Source: an uncultured Planctomycetaceae bacterium
GTDB taxonomy: Bacteria > Planctomycetota > Planctomycetia > Isosphaerales > Isosphaeraceae
Length of the DNA stretch: 64,000 nt
Assembly (NCBI GenBank): GCA_963833985.1
Contig: CAWIAD010000002.1
Location: forward strand, 896,001-960,000
Reading direction: 5' to 3'
In this document: positions 41,522 to 51,044 of the stretch, piece after piece
Layout of the letters: each line of letters opens with the position of its first letter
Position numbering within the stretch: the stretch's first letter is position 1
Notes under the pieces: generated by a model
Seen by the model: only the letters and a program-made list of their open reading frames with translations
Told to the model about the DNA's origin: nothing
The model's database searches: none
Made by a program: the position numbers and the translations under genes

Positions 41522-42406
41522 ATGATGTCAATTCGCCCGTGCTTCATCGTCGCTCTTTTCTGCCCGCTTCCAGCGCTCCAGGGCGGGGAACCGGCGGAGG
41601 TTCCGCTCTGGCCCGGGGGCGCTCCGGGATTCGAGAGCCGTAAGGACGACCGACCTACGGCCAAGGATTACTGGATTGCCAATATCCACAACCCATCGCT
41701 GACGGTTTATTTGCCTCCCAGGGAGAAAGCCAGCGGCGCCGCGATGGTGATTTGCCCGGGCGGCGGGCACCGGCTGCTGGTGTTCAAGGCCGAGGGTGAC
41801 GAGCCGGCCCGCTACCTGAATCAACTGGGCGTGGCGGCGTTCGTGCTCAAGTACCGTCTCGGCCGCGAGCCGAACTCGCCCTACTCCATCGAGAAACACG
41901 CCCTGCAAGACGGCCAGCGCGCCATGCGACTGGTCCGCAGCCGCGCCGGCGAGTGGGGCGTCGATCCACACCGCGTGGGCATTATGGGATTCTCAGCCGG
42001 TGGCGAGGTGGCGTCGATGGTGACATACACTCCGGGCAAGGGGGACCCAAACGCTCCCGACCCGATCGACCGCCAGAGCAGCCGCCCGGACTTCGAGGTG
42101 CTCATCTATCCGGGCCCACTTGGAATCCCCGAGGTCATTCCTGCCGATGCGCCGCCCGCTTTCATGCTGGTGGCCAATGATGACCGGGGCGCTTCACGTG
42201 TGATCACCGGCCTTGTCCCGAAGTATCGCGCTGCCGGTGTTCCCGTCGAGGCACATCTCCTCGCCCGAGGCGGCCATGGCTTCAACATGGGCAACCGCTC
42301 AAGGCTGGAGTCGGTCCGGAAATGGCCCGAGCGCCTGGCCGACTGGCTTCATGACAGCGGTGTCCTCGATCCCGCTCAGTCGTCCAGGGACGGCGGCCGG
42401 CGCTGA
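41522..42406 (+). CDS. Secreted alpha/beta hydrolase (carbohydrate esterase-like)
   Basis: ICPGGGH, VLKYRL, GIMGFSAGG (nucleophile Ser), RPDF, GGHGF. Confidence 0.85.
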   Translation: MMSIRPCFIVALFCPLPALQGGEPAEVPLWPGGAPGFESRKDDRPTAKDYWIANIHNPSLTVYLPPREKASGAAMVICPGGGHRLLVFKAEGDEPARYLNQLGVAAFVLKYRLGREPNSPYSIEKHALQDGQRAMRLVRSRAGEWGVDPHRVGIMGFSAGGEVASMVTYTPGKGDPNAPDPIDRQSSRPDFEVLIYPGPLGIPEVIPADAPPAFMLVANDDRGASRVITGLVPKYRAAGVPVEAHLLARGGHGFNMGNRSRLESVRKWPERLADWLHDSGVLDPAQSSRDGGRR

Positions 42407-42421
42407 ATCGCGCGGGGTCGA

Positions 42422-43243
42422 TCAAACCAGGGTGATCTGAACAATCTCGGGGCGGCACAGGAACCGGACGGGCGGACCCACGGTGCCAACGCCTCGCGAG
42501 ACGAACACCTGGAAGCTCGGGGCTTGTACCAGGCCGTGGAGATACTTCTGCCCGTAGCGCGAGGGCACGACCGGGGCGCCGAATCCAGGAACGACCACCT
42601 GGCCCCCGTGAGTGTGCCCGCTCAGCATCAGGCCGACACGCTCATCGTGGAGCACCTCGGCATAGTCTGGATTGTGTGAGAGCATGATGACCGCATCTCG
42701 GTCCGTGGCGTCAGCCAGCGCGGCACGGGGATCCTGGCTGTCCGTCCAGAGGTCGCCCACTCCGCAGATACGCAGGCGGCCTGCACGATGCTCGAACCAG
42801 AAACCCGTGTTGTCGGTCAGCGAGAATCCCGCCCCGGCCAGCGCTTGCCGCGAGATCGGGGCGCTTTCCCAGTGGTCATGGTTGCCCAGCACGGCCAACC
42901 GCCCGAGCCGCGCCTTGAGCTTACTCAGGGCCTCGATTCCTGGCTCGATGTACCGGCGGTGGTGTGCAACATAGTCACCCGAAAGTAGCACGAGATCGGC
43001 ATCGAGTGAGTTGGCGGCGTTCACGATGTCCCTGATATACCCCAGGGGCACGAACGGGCCGTGGTGAATGTCCGAGAGGTGTAGCACCCTCATGCCGCGT
43101 AACGAGGAGGGCAGGTTCGGCAAGGCGATCGTCCGCCGCACCAGCCGGCACCATCTGGCCTCGAGGAACGGGTAAGCGCCTGCGGCTGTTGCCGATGCCA
43201 GTGCGGTCGCTCCGGCGATCCTGAGGAATTTGCGTCGCTCCAT
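42422..43243 (-). CDS. Calcineurin-like metallophosphoesterase (YkuE-like) with Tat signal
   Basis: RRKFL; SDIH, GD, GNHD, SHNPD, SGHTHGGQ, SRGVG. Confidence 0.9.
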   Translation of the reverse strand: MERRKFLRIAGATALASATAAGAYPFLEARWCRLVRRTIALPNLPSSLRGMRVLHLSDIHHGPFVPLGYIRDIVNAANSLDADLVLLSGDYVAHHRRYIEPGIEALSKLKARLGRLAVLGNHDHWESAPISRQALAGAGFSLTDNTGFWFEHRAGRLRICGVGDLWTDSQDPRAALADATDRDAVIMLSHNPDYAEVLHDERVGLMLSGHTHGGQVVVPGFGAPVVPSRYGQKYLHGLVQAPSFQVFVSRGVGTVGPPVRFLCRPEIVQITLV

Positions 43244-43491
43244 CGTCGTGTGGATCTCCTCGATGCATGAGCATCCGTGCATTACATGACAGACTGTCTC
43301 CGGCCCGATCCGATCATGCCCGATCCCTGCTCGAAACGCCAGGCGAAGTGATGCCGACACCGAGCCGGCTCAAGGGGCTGTCTCTGGTTCCGGTTGACGG
43401 TGATCAGTCCTGGCCGTTACGATCGCCTGAGATGACCGCTGCTTCGATCGGGATCCGGCCAATGCGCTTACCCCTAATCTAAATTGCTGCA

Positions 43492-44250
43492 ATGCATATT
43501 CTTCTGACGAATGACGATGGTGTGTTTGCTCCCGGCTTGCGCCCTGAGGAAGGAACTCATGACTCTCGGGGACGTCACGGTGGTGGCGCCTGCATCGAGC
43601 AAAGCGGAGTCGCACATACGATCACCCTGCTCACTCCCCTGGTCATCAAGCAGATTGATGAAGAGGATGGTTCCACTCTGGGGTGGATGGTTGAAGGCTC
43701 ACCGGCGGACAGCGTCAAGCTGGCGATCTGCGAGCTGATGGCCCGGCCTCCCGACCTGATCGTCTCGGGAATCAACTCCGGCTCGAACGCCGGTATCAAC
43801 GTCCTGTACTCAGGAACGGTTGCGGCCGCGATCGAGGGTTCGTTCTTCAAGATCACGAGCATTGCCGTCTCGCTCGAGCTCTCCGAGCATTTCGACTTCC
43901 CGTACGCCGCCAAGCAGGCGGTGCGCGTGATCGAGAAGATCCTGGCCCACAAGCCTCCCAATGGCTCGCTCTTCAATGTGAACCTACCGGCGCACTCTCG
44001 GGGCGAGCCGAAGGGAATCCGCATCGTCCCGATGGGGCTGGGCCGTTACGGCGAAGGCTTCGAGCGCAGGCAGGACCCGCGCGGCCGCACCTATTACTGG
44101 TTGACTTACAATCCTCCCAGCCACATGCGCGGACCGGAGACGGATGTTTCCAGCCTCTGCGAGGGCTACATCACGATCACTCCCTTGCACTTCGACCTCA
44201 CCCGCCACGATCTGCTCGGCGAGGTCAGCCGATGGAAGTGGAGCGACTGA
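43492..44250 (+). CDS. surE: 5'/3'-nucleotidase SurE; internal pair of deletions restores the frame
   Basis: ILLTNDDG, EQSG, GSPADSV, SGINSGSN, YSGTVAAA, DPRGRTYYW, ITPL. The expected ALRKELMTLGDVTVVAP lies in another frame over about 43541-43593. Confidence 0.93.
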   Translation: MHILLTNDDGVFAPGLRPEEGTHDSRGRHGGGACIEQSGVAHTITLLTPLVIKQIDEEDGSTLGWMVEGSPADSVKLAICELMARPPDLIVSGINSGSNAGINVLYSGTVAAAIEGSFFKITSIAVSLELSEHFDFPYAAKQAVRVIEKILAHKPPNGSLFNVNLPAHSRGEPKGIRIVPMGLGRYGEGFERRQDPRGRTYYWLTYNPPSHMRGPETDVSSLCEGYITITPLHFDLTRHDLLGEVSRWKWSD

Positions 44251-44319
44251 GGCCGCCGAGACTCTGAAGTGCATTGAATCATCATTGCCACGCTCTTCGA
44301 GCTCCAGGGGAGAGATACC

Positions 44320-44862
44320 ATGCATTTCAGACTGCAACGAGCCGGTGCGGTTCACGGTCTTCCAAGTCTTCCAAGCCTATCGGTGCTGCTGATCCTGAGT
44401 GGCCTGGCCCTCACCACCGGCTGCGAGGAGGAGCGCAACGTTGGCGGTGCGCCAGGTGGCCAGGTGAAGTCGAGCAAGCCGGCTCCTCCCAAGCCGGAGT
44501 TCATCGTGGGGAAGCGCACGCAGGACGTTCGAAACGCGGGTACCGAAGTCAGCAAGGAAGGCGCCAGGGTCGCCAGCACCAAGATCACCGCGAAAGACCC
44601 GATCACGCTCCAGGGAAACGCCTATGTCACGATGATCGGCCAAACCTCGATTCTGGAGATTCAGCACGCGCTTGATCTCTATCACGCCACCAATGACCGC
44701 TACCCCAAGAACTACGATGAGTTCATGAGCGAGATCATCAAGGCCAACAACATCGCCTTACCGCAGCTTCCCTACTACCAGAAGTACGGCTACGACGAGA
44801 AAGAGCACAAGCTGGTGATCCTCGAGTACGAGGACCTCAAGAACCAGCCGCTGGGGCGATGA
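44320..44862 (+). CDS. Putative lipoprotein
   Basis: Hydrophobic stretch followed by LTTG-C lipobox; globular C-terminal region. Confidence 0.65.
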   Translation: MHFRLQRAGAVHGLPSLPSLSVLLILSGLALTTGCEEERNVGGAPGGQVKSSKPAPPKPEFIVGKRTQDVRNAGTEVSKEGARVASTKITAKDPITLQGNAYVTMIGQTSILEIQHALDLYHATNDRYPKNYDEFMSEIIKANNIALPQLPYYQKYGYDEKEHKLVILEYEDLKNQPLGR

Positions 44863-44936
44863 TGATCCATTCAGGAGGCTCGCCCCAGGCTTCGCTGGCC
44901 GTGGTTTGAATCCGCATCACCGGGGCGGCTGCCAGG

Positions 44937-45644
44937 TCAAGGGCGAGATCCCGGTCCTCGCGATGCGTCTGGCGGGCCGTTCGTCGACTCGGTCGGCGCT
45001 GCGGAATCGGGGATCCGGCGCTCGCGCCGACGGCGTTCCTCGGACCCGGAAAATGCGCGTGATCGGGGAATCAGCACGGCACCCTCGCGCATGGAAACCG
45101 GCGTGATCCGGTTCACCTTCCAGACTCCCGGCTCGGTTTCCTGGAACCCCAGCGACCACGTGGAATTGGCGGTTCCCATGGGATACGACGCCTCCGACCT
45201 GTGGAGTTTTCCCTTGGCATAGATCCGGAATTCGGCCTTTCCCCGGCGCGTTTGCCGCCCCGCGCTGATCTGCAAGTCCTGAATGTGAACAAAATCGAAT
45301 GTGGCATGAGACAGATTGTCCTGGATCAGCTCGCGAGTGGCCTCACCCGGCAGTGCGATACCATCCTGGACATACTCCACATCGGGAGTCAGTTGAGCAA
45401 GAACGCCCTCGGGATCGGCCGCCAGTACCGCCCGCCTCAACTCGTAGACCACATTCTCGATCCGCTCGTTGTCAGTCACCCAGACCCGCTCGATGACCAC
45501 AACCGTGAAGGCAAGCCCCAGAAACACCAGTGACGAGAACAGGTACTTTCCCTGCTGCGTGACCTTCAGCGCCATCAAGAAAGCCAGGCCGACCAGGGCC
45601 AGCGAACCAGCCAGGTACCAGGGATCTTCCGAGAGGAACGTCAT
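44937..45644 (-). CDS. Hypothetical membrane protein with NTF2/SnoaL-like domain
   Basis: Two N-terminal TM helices, VTDNERIE helix, and terminal ...GVWKVNRI strand typical of the NTF2-like fold. Confidence 0.6.
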   Translation of the reverse strand: MTFLSEDPWYLAGSLALVGLAFLMALKVTQQGKYLFSSLVFLGLAFTVVVIERVWVTDNERIENVVYELRRAVLAADPEGVLAQLTPDVEYVQDGIALPGEATRELIQDNLSHATFDFVHIQDLQISAGRQTRRGKAEFRIYAKGKLHRSEASYPMGTANSTWSLGFQETEPGVWKVNRITPVSMREGAVLIPRSRAFSGSEERRRRERRIPDSAAPTESTNGPPDASRGPGSRP

Positions 45645-45768
45645 TGAAAACTCTCCCCCGGCGGACCGCCTATGACATTTGTCGCACACAGGACATCATA
45701 CGCGCCCGCAGCGCGACGGGAAGAGGGTTCCTCGCAATTCTGGGGTGTTGCCATTTCGGTAGCCCGAG

Positions 45769-46917
45769 TCATTCGGGCTTGTTCTCCTCGGCACCCTTGG
45801 GCTTCTCGGCCGGTTGATCCGCCTTGGCCTTGGGTGCTTCGGCGGCCTTGGGTTGTTCTTTCTTGGCGGCGGGCCTGTCCGGGCTTCGGGTGTGCGCGAC
45901 GGTCTGGATATCGGAGACGGAGACGGGTGTCAGGTTGTAGCGAGGTTCCCACTCGATGGGCCGCAGCTTGATGGCCGGCTCGAGGAATTTCACGATGGCG
46001 GGCACGACCTTGGGCTCGAGCCGCATCAGTTTGTAGCCGTGGAGCGAGGAGGGAAAGAGCTCGACCTTGTTCATACGCCCCCGCTCCACGGGCCGCTTTG
46101 AGGCTTCCACAGCGTCCTTGGAAGCGTTGTCCCTGGCACCGGCCAGGAGCGCGAGCGGAATCCGCGAGGCCAGCGACGGAATGACCTGTGACAGCACGTA
46201 GCCGGCGCCTTCCGGAAAGGGGGAAAGCAACACCAGCGCATTCAGGTCGCCGGGCCGGCCCTCGGTCGAGACCGACGCCCCCGGCTGATAGGCCCAGGCC
46301 GCGGCAAGGTTGGCGCCCTCGCCCACCGCGATCACGCCCAGCTTGGAGACGTTGAAATCTCCCCTGTTGTGGCGGTCGAGCAAAAAGATGTAAGCCGCTT
46401 GCAGGTCCCGGACCAGCAGGATCCGATCGCTCGAGTTGAGCATTCGCCGCGGATTCTGCCCCTGGCCGCGGAGATCGATGCTGAGGACGGCGTAGCCTTC
46501 ATCCTGCAAGTGCTCGGCCAGCCCCAGTCCCTTGAGCCCCTCCACCTGCTCCTCGAAGTCCTTGCGCGACCGGTTCGCCTCGTGAATGAGCATGACCACC
46601 GGCGCGTTGCCGCCCAGCCGTGAGGGATAGTACGACGCGGCCAGTGGGTTGCCGTCGAATGCATGCAGCCGGAAGGTATAGTGGTAGCTCGCCGGGACAG
46701 CCGCCTTGGCCTTTCCCTTGGCGTCCGCGCCAATTGCCTTGATGAGGGGGTCGCCCGCGTCGGGCCGCACCTTCTTGAGCGGTGCACCTCCCTGGTTGCG
46801 CAGGCGGCCGCGCCGTGGTGCCGGTGGTGCCTGAGCGATCACGCTACCCACGATGATCAGACAGATCATCAACGCCGCCAGCAGCTTGCCAGCCCACCCG
46901 CCGTGCCCGCTTTTCAT
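45769..46917 (-). CDS. Secreted alpha/beta hydrolase-fold protein with degenerate nucleophile elbow
   Basis: Signal peptide; VMLIH, VLSIDLRGQG, elbow VIAVGEGANL, LVLLSP, LHG. Confidence 0.75.
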   Translation of the reverse strand: MKSGHGGWAGKLLAALMICLIIVGSVIAQAPPAPRRGRLRNQGGAPLKKVRPDAGDPLIKAIGADAKGKAKAAVPASYHYTFRLHAFDGNPLAASYYPSRLGGNAPVVMLIHEANRSRKDFEEQVEGLKGLGLAEHLQDEGYAVLSIDLRGQGQNPRRMLNSSDRILLVRDLQAAYIFLLDRHNRGDFNVSKLGVIAVGEGANLAAAWAYQPGASVSTEGRPGDLNALVLLSPFPEGAGYVLSQVIPSLASRIPLALLAGARDNASKDAVEASKRPVERGRMNKVELFPSSLHGYKLMRLEPKVVPAIVKFLEPAIKLRPIEWEPRYNLTPVSVSDIQTVAHTRSPDRPAAKKEQPKAAEAPKAKADQPAEKPKGAEENKPE

Positions 46918-47073
46918 CGTCGTGCCATCCTCTTGCCGGGTGTGTGCCGAGCGCCTGAACTTTCTCCTGGGCATCTTCTCTGCCTCATCGTAAAATCAAC
47001 CGCGGTAATGAACAAGTGCGATAAGGCCGGTGCGGCGCTGGACTGGTCCCGGCCGAGCAAGAAGGCGAGCAGC

Positions 47074-48933
47074 ATGACCGAGGGAAACTCACCGCCGGTG
47101 CGGAATCGTCGCGAGTTCTTGCGTGCCGGCACGGCCACGGCGAGCGGACTTATGGGCCTGGCGGGAGGCAAAGGGGCCGGTGCAGCGCAAAGGGAGGGTT
47201 CGGACCAGCAAGAGGCCGACGCGTTTCTGGCCGACTACGGGAAGAACTGGATTCCCCTGGAGACCACGGCGCAGGAGGCCGCATGGGCCGCGGCGACGGA
47301 CGTGACCGAGGCGCATACCGCCGCCCAGGTGGCCGCTATGCAGAAGCTCAACGAGTTCGTTGGCTCGCCCCGCGTGCTCCAGATGGTGGAGAAGCTGCGC
47401 CGAAACCCCCATCTCGACGAGCTTTCACTGCGCCAACTGGAAAAAGTGCGCCTTCGCGCGGCCGAGGCGCCTGGGACCATTCCCCAGGTGGTCAAGGCAC
47501 GCACCGAGGCCGAGGCCAGGCAGTCGGCCATCCAGGACGGCTTCACCTACACCCTCCAGCAGCCAGGGAAACCCGACGAACATCCCTCGGCCAATGACAT
47601 TGATCGAGTCCTCGTGGAGTCGAGAGACCTGGCCAGGCGGCTGGCCTACTGGAAAGTCTCCAAGACGATTGGCGGACCGCTCCGTGACGGCATCCTGAGG
47701 CTTCGCGACCTGCGGAACAAGGTGGCCCGGGCCCTCGGGTTTGGCGACTTCTTCGCGCTCCAGGTCGCCGATTACGGCATGACCTCGCAGCAGATGATCG
47801 ACCTCTGCGAGACGCTGGTCGCCGAGGTCAAGCCGCTCTACAGCCAGTTGCACACCTGGGCCAAGCACACGCTGGCCAGGCGCTACGGTGCCGACGTCCC
47901 CGCCGGCATGATCCCGGCACACTGGCTGCCCAACCGCTGGGGACAGGACTGGCCGGGCCTGGTGGAAGGCGTGGACATGGACGCTTCCTTCAAGGGGAAG
48001 GCCAGGGAATACATCGCCCAGCAGGCCGAGCAATTTTATGTCTCGCTCGGCTTCCCCAGGCTTCCTGCCTCGTTCTGGTCGAAGTCCGACCTTTACCCGG
48101 CAGACCCCGGAAGCGGCCGCAAGAAGAATAGCCACGCCAGCGCCTGGCACATCAACCTGGGCGAAGACGTGCGCAGCCTGATGTCCATCGAGCCCAACAA
48201 TCGCTGGTTCACCACGGCCCACCATGAGCTCGGGCACATCTACTACTTCCTCAGCTATTCCCGGCCGCAGGTGCCGTACCTGCTGCGTGCGGGGGCCAAC
48301 CGGGCGTTTCACGAGGGTGTTGGCGATCTGATCGGCCTGGCGGCCGGCCAGCGCCCGTACCTGAAGTCGGTCGGCCTGCTCACGCGCGAAGCGGAGAGAT
48401 CGGCCGCGACGACGTTCCTGCTCGACACGGCAATTGACGGCGCCTCGGTCGTGTTCCTGCCCTGGTCGGCCGGCACGATGACCCACTTCGAGCGAGACTT
48501 CTACGCGGGCGCGATCGACGATGCCAGGATGAACGCGGCCTGGTGGCAGCGCGTGGGCCGGTTTCAGGGGATTGCAGCGCCGGACGAGCGTCCCGAGACA
48601 CTCTGCGACGCGGCCACCAAGACCCACATCAACGACGACCCGGCCCAGTATTACGACTACGCCATCGGCACGGTCATCAAGTTCCAGCTTCACGATCACA
48701 TCGCCCGCGAGATCCTCAAGCAGGATCCGCGCGCATGCAATTACTACGGCAACGCCAGGGTGGGCGACTTCCTGCGGGGAATCCTCAACCTGGGCGCCAC
48801 GCGCGACTGGAACACGGTCCTCCATGACTTCACGGGCCAGGGGCTGAGCGCTCGCCCGCTGGTCACGTACTTCGAGCCCCTGGTCCAGTGGCTCAAGGAA
48901 GAAAACCTGGAACGGAAGATCGGCTGGGATTGA
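47074..48933 (+). CDS. M2 family (angiotensin-converting enzyme-like) zinc metallopeptidase with Tat signal
   Basis: NRREFL; IPAHWLPNRWGQDW, HASAW, HHELGH, GANRAFHEGVGD, KFQLH, YFEPLVQWL. Confidence 0.9.
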   Translation: MTEGNSPPVRNRREFLRAGTATASGLMGLAGGKGAGAAQREGSDQQEADAFLADYGKNWIPLETTAQEAAWAAATDVTEAHTAAQVAAMQKLNEFVGSPRVLQMVEKLRRNPHLDELSLRQLEKVRLRAAEAPGTIPQVVKARTEAEARQSAIQDGFTYTLQQPGKPDEHPSANDIDRVLVESRDLARRLAYWKVSKTIGGPLRDGILRLRDLRNKVARALGFGDFFALQVADYGMTSQQMIDLCETLVAEVKPLYSQLHTWAKHTLARRYGADVPAGMIPAHWLPNRWGQDWPGLVEGVDMDASFKGKAREYIAQQAEQFYVSLGFPRLPASFWSKSDLYPADPGSGRKKNSHASAWHINLGEDVRSLMSIEPNNRWFTTAHHELGHIYYFLSYSRPQVPYLLRAGANRAFHEGVGDLIGLAAGQRPYLKSVGLLTREAERSAATTFLLDTAIDGASVVFLPWSAGTMTHFERDFYAGAIDDARMNAAWWQRVGRFQGIAAPDERPETLCDAATKTHINDDPAQYYDYAIGTVIKFQLHDHIAREILKQDPRACNYYGNARVGDFLRGILNLGATRDWNTVLHDFTGQGLSARPLVTYFEPLVQWLKEENLERKIGWD

Positions 48934-48939
48934 GCCCGC

Positions 48940-48955
48940 TCAATATCGATATTGA
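48940..48955. promoter_or_regulatory. Perfect 16-bp palindrome, candidate operator
   Basis: TCAATATCGATATTGA is self-complementary and AT-rich, in the 30-bp gap between the M2 peptidase and FGE genes. Confidence 0.55.
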
Positions 48956-48963
48956 CTGTGAAT

Positions 48964-50134
48964 ATGATGATCAAACTAAGAGCACTCGATTATGGAATGA
49001 TGCTTCTACTGGCGGCAGCCGCATTCGGCGGCACGTATCTGGCCACCCGATCGGCGCAGGGCGAGAAACGCCAGACCAGCACTCAGGACAGGCCAGCGAC
49101 CACAACCAACCAACGCGGCTCCCTCATTGCGGAGCCGGAGAACCTCCCCACGGAGGCGCCGCCCGGCATGGTCTGGGTTCCCGGCGGCGAGTTCCAGATG
49201 GGGACCGACGATCCGCAAGCCAACCCGGCGGAACGGCCGGCGCACCGGGTCCGCGTTGCTGGCTTCTGGATCGACCAGACCGAGGTGACCAACGCCCAGT
49301 TCCGCCGGTTTGTCGATGCCACAGGCTACAAGACCACGGCAGAGCGGCCCATCGACTGGGAGCAGCTCAGGACACAGGTGCCTCCTGGAACCCCCAGGCC
49401 GCCCGATGAGCAGCTTGTACCCGGCTCGCTCGTCTTCTCTCCGCCGGATCGTCCCGTTCCGCTCGACGACATCACCAACTGGTGGAAATGGGTCCCCGGC
49501 GCAAACTGGCGCCAGCCGGACGGTCCGGGAAGTTCGAGCACGGGCAAGGACAGTTACCCAGTGGTACACGTCTCGTACGATGACGCCGTCGCCTATGCCC
49601 GCTGGGCGCACAAGCGGCTGCCCACGGAAGCCGAATGGGAATATGCCAGCCGCGGGGGGCTGGAGGGAAAACCCTATGCCTGGGGCGATGACTTCAAGCC
49701 CGCGGGCCAGTACCTGGCGAACACCTGGCAGGGCCATTTCCCCGAGCGGAACGAGGATGGCGACGGCTATCCCCGGCTCGCGCCCGTGAAATCGTTTCCT
49801 CCCAACGGTTATGGTCTCCACGACATGATCGGCAACGTCTGGGAGTGGTGCTCCGACTGGTACCGGCCCGATACCTATCGGCTCGATGCCAGTCCCGGGC
49901 CGGCGATCAATCCCGGGGGCCCGTCGCGAAGCTATGACCCGGACGAGCCCTTTCAGCCGAAGCGCAGTCACGCGCGGGGGTTCGTTTCTGTGCAGCTCCA
50001 ACTACTGCACGAACTATCGCCCCAGCGCCCGGCGCGGCACGGCGACCGACTCCGGGATGTCGCATCTGGGCTTCCGTTGCGTGCGTGATCCTTCCATGCA
50101 GACGCCCAGCCAGCCGCCGCCGAACCAGAAATAA
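48964..50134 (+). CDS. Formylglycine-generating enzyme (SUMF1/FGE-sulfatase) family protein; extra base near 49967
   Basis: GGEFQMG, TEVTNAQF, PVVHVS, RLPTEAEWEYA, PNGYGLHDMIGNVWEW; shifted frame RGGSFLCSSNYCTNYRPSAR...HLGFRCV. Start may be 48997. Confidence 0.9.
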
Positions 50135-50150
50135 GTAGGAAAACCCTTGC

Positions 50151-51044
50151 ATGTCCGAGCAGCCTGCTGGCTCGATGCCGGTTCCCCCCCTGGTTCCGCT
50201 CTCATGCCGGGTTTCACTTCCCGTCTGGCAAGCCCTCGAGAAACGCCGCCAGGCCACGGGTGAGTCGGTGGAGCATATCATCCGCTCCGCGCTGGCGGAT
50301 TACCTTCAAGTCTCGCAGAGCACCCTGTTCCAGATCTCCACGACCGGAGCCCTGGTGGAAGGGATTTCTCGCGGCGAGGTCACCGTGGCCACGCTGCGCG
50401 AGCACGGAGACCTGGGACTGGGGACATTCGACAGTCTTGACGGCGAGATGGTCGTCGTGGATGGACGGTTCTACCAGGTACGTTCCGATGGTACGGTGCA
50501 CGAGGTGGCCGACGAGGTGCACACTCCGTACGCGGTCATCACCAAGTTTGACCCTGAGCCCGCCGTCGCGATCGGGGACTGCCGGCACGTCGGTGAGCTT
50601 CATCAGCGGCTCGACCGCCTGCGCACGTCGGACAATCTCTTCTACGCATTTCGGATTGATGGCACATTCGACTGGGTGCAAACCCGGGCCGTCGCCCGGA
50701 CGTCGGAGGGAGTTCCGCTCGTCGATGCCACAGCGTGCCAGCCTGAATTCCAGCTTCGTGACGTCCGCGGCACGCTCGTCGGCTTCTACTCGCCCCCTTA
50801 CGTCAAGTCGCTGACGGTGCCCGGTTATCACCTGCACTTCCTGACGGACGACCGTACGGCTGGCGGTCACTTGCTTGACTGTGCGGGCCGTGACCTGGTG
50901 GTGCGGTTCGAGCGTGAGGCGAATTTCCGGCTCTCGCTGCCAGTGACCCAGTCCTTCCTGGAAGCCGACCTGAGCCGTGATTCCACTGCCGAGCTGATGC
51001 GAGCAGAAACGTCCGCGCAACCCCGGAGCAAGACCCAGCCATGA
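50151..51044 (+). CDS. budA: Alpha-acetolactate decarboxylase with N-terminal ribbon-helix-helix-like extension
   Basis: LFQIST, HGDLGLGTFDSLDGEM, GTLVGF, Zn-binding GYHLHF...GGH; extra N-terminal CRVSLPVWQALEKRRQATGESVEHIIRSALADYL. Confidence 0.9.
   Translation: MSEQPAGSMPVPPLVPLSCRVSLPVWQALEKRRQATGESVEHIIRSALADYLQVSQSTLFQISTTGALVEGISRGEVTVATLREHGDLGLGTFDSLDGEMVVVDGRFYQVRSDGTVHEVADEVHTPYAVITKFDPEPAVAIGDCRHVGELHQRLDRLRTSDNLFYAFRIDGTFDWVQTRAVARTSEGVPLVDATACQPEFQLRDVRGTLVGFYSPPYVKSLTVPGYHLHFLTDDRTAGGHLLDCAGRDLVVRFEREANFRLSLPVTQSFLEADLSRDSTAELMRAETSAQPRSKTQP

Noticed and set aside
43541..43593. Divergent N-terminal segment of SurE (PEEGTHDSRGRHGGGAC)
   Set aside because: The conserved sequence is present in another frame; deletions of 2 nt and 1 nt restore the frame, consistent with read errors
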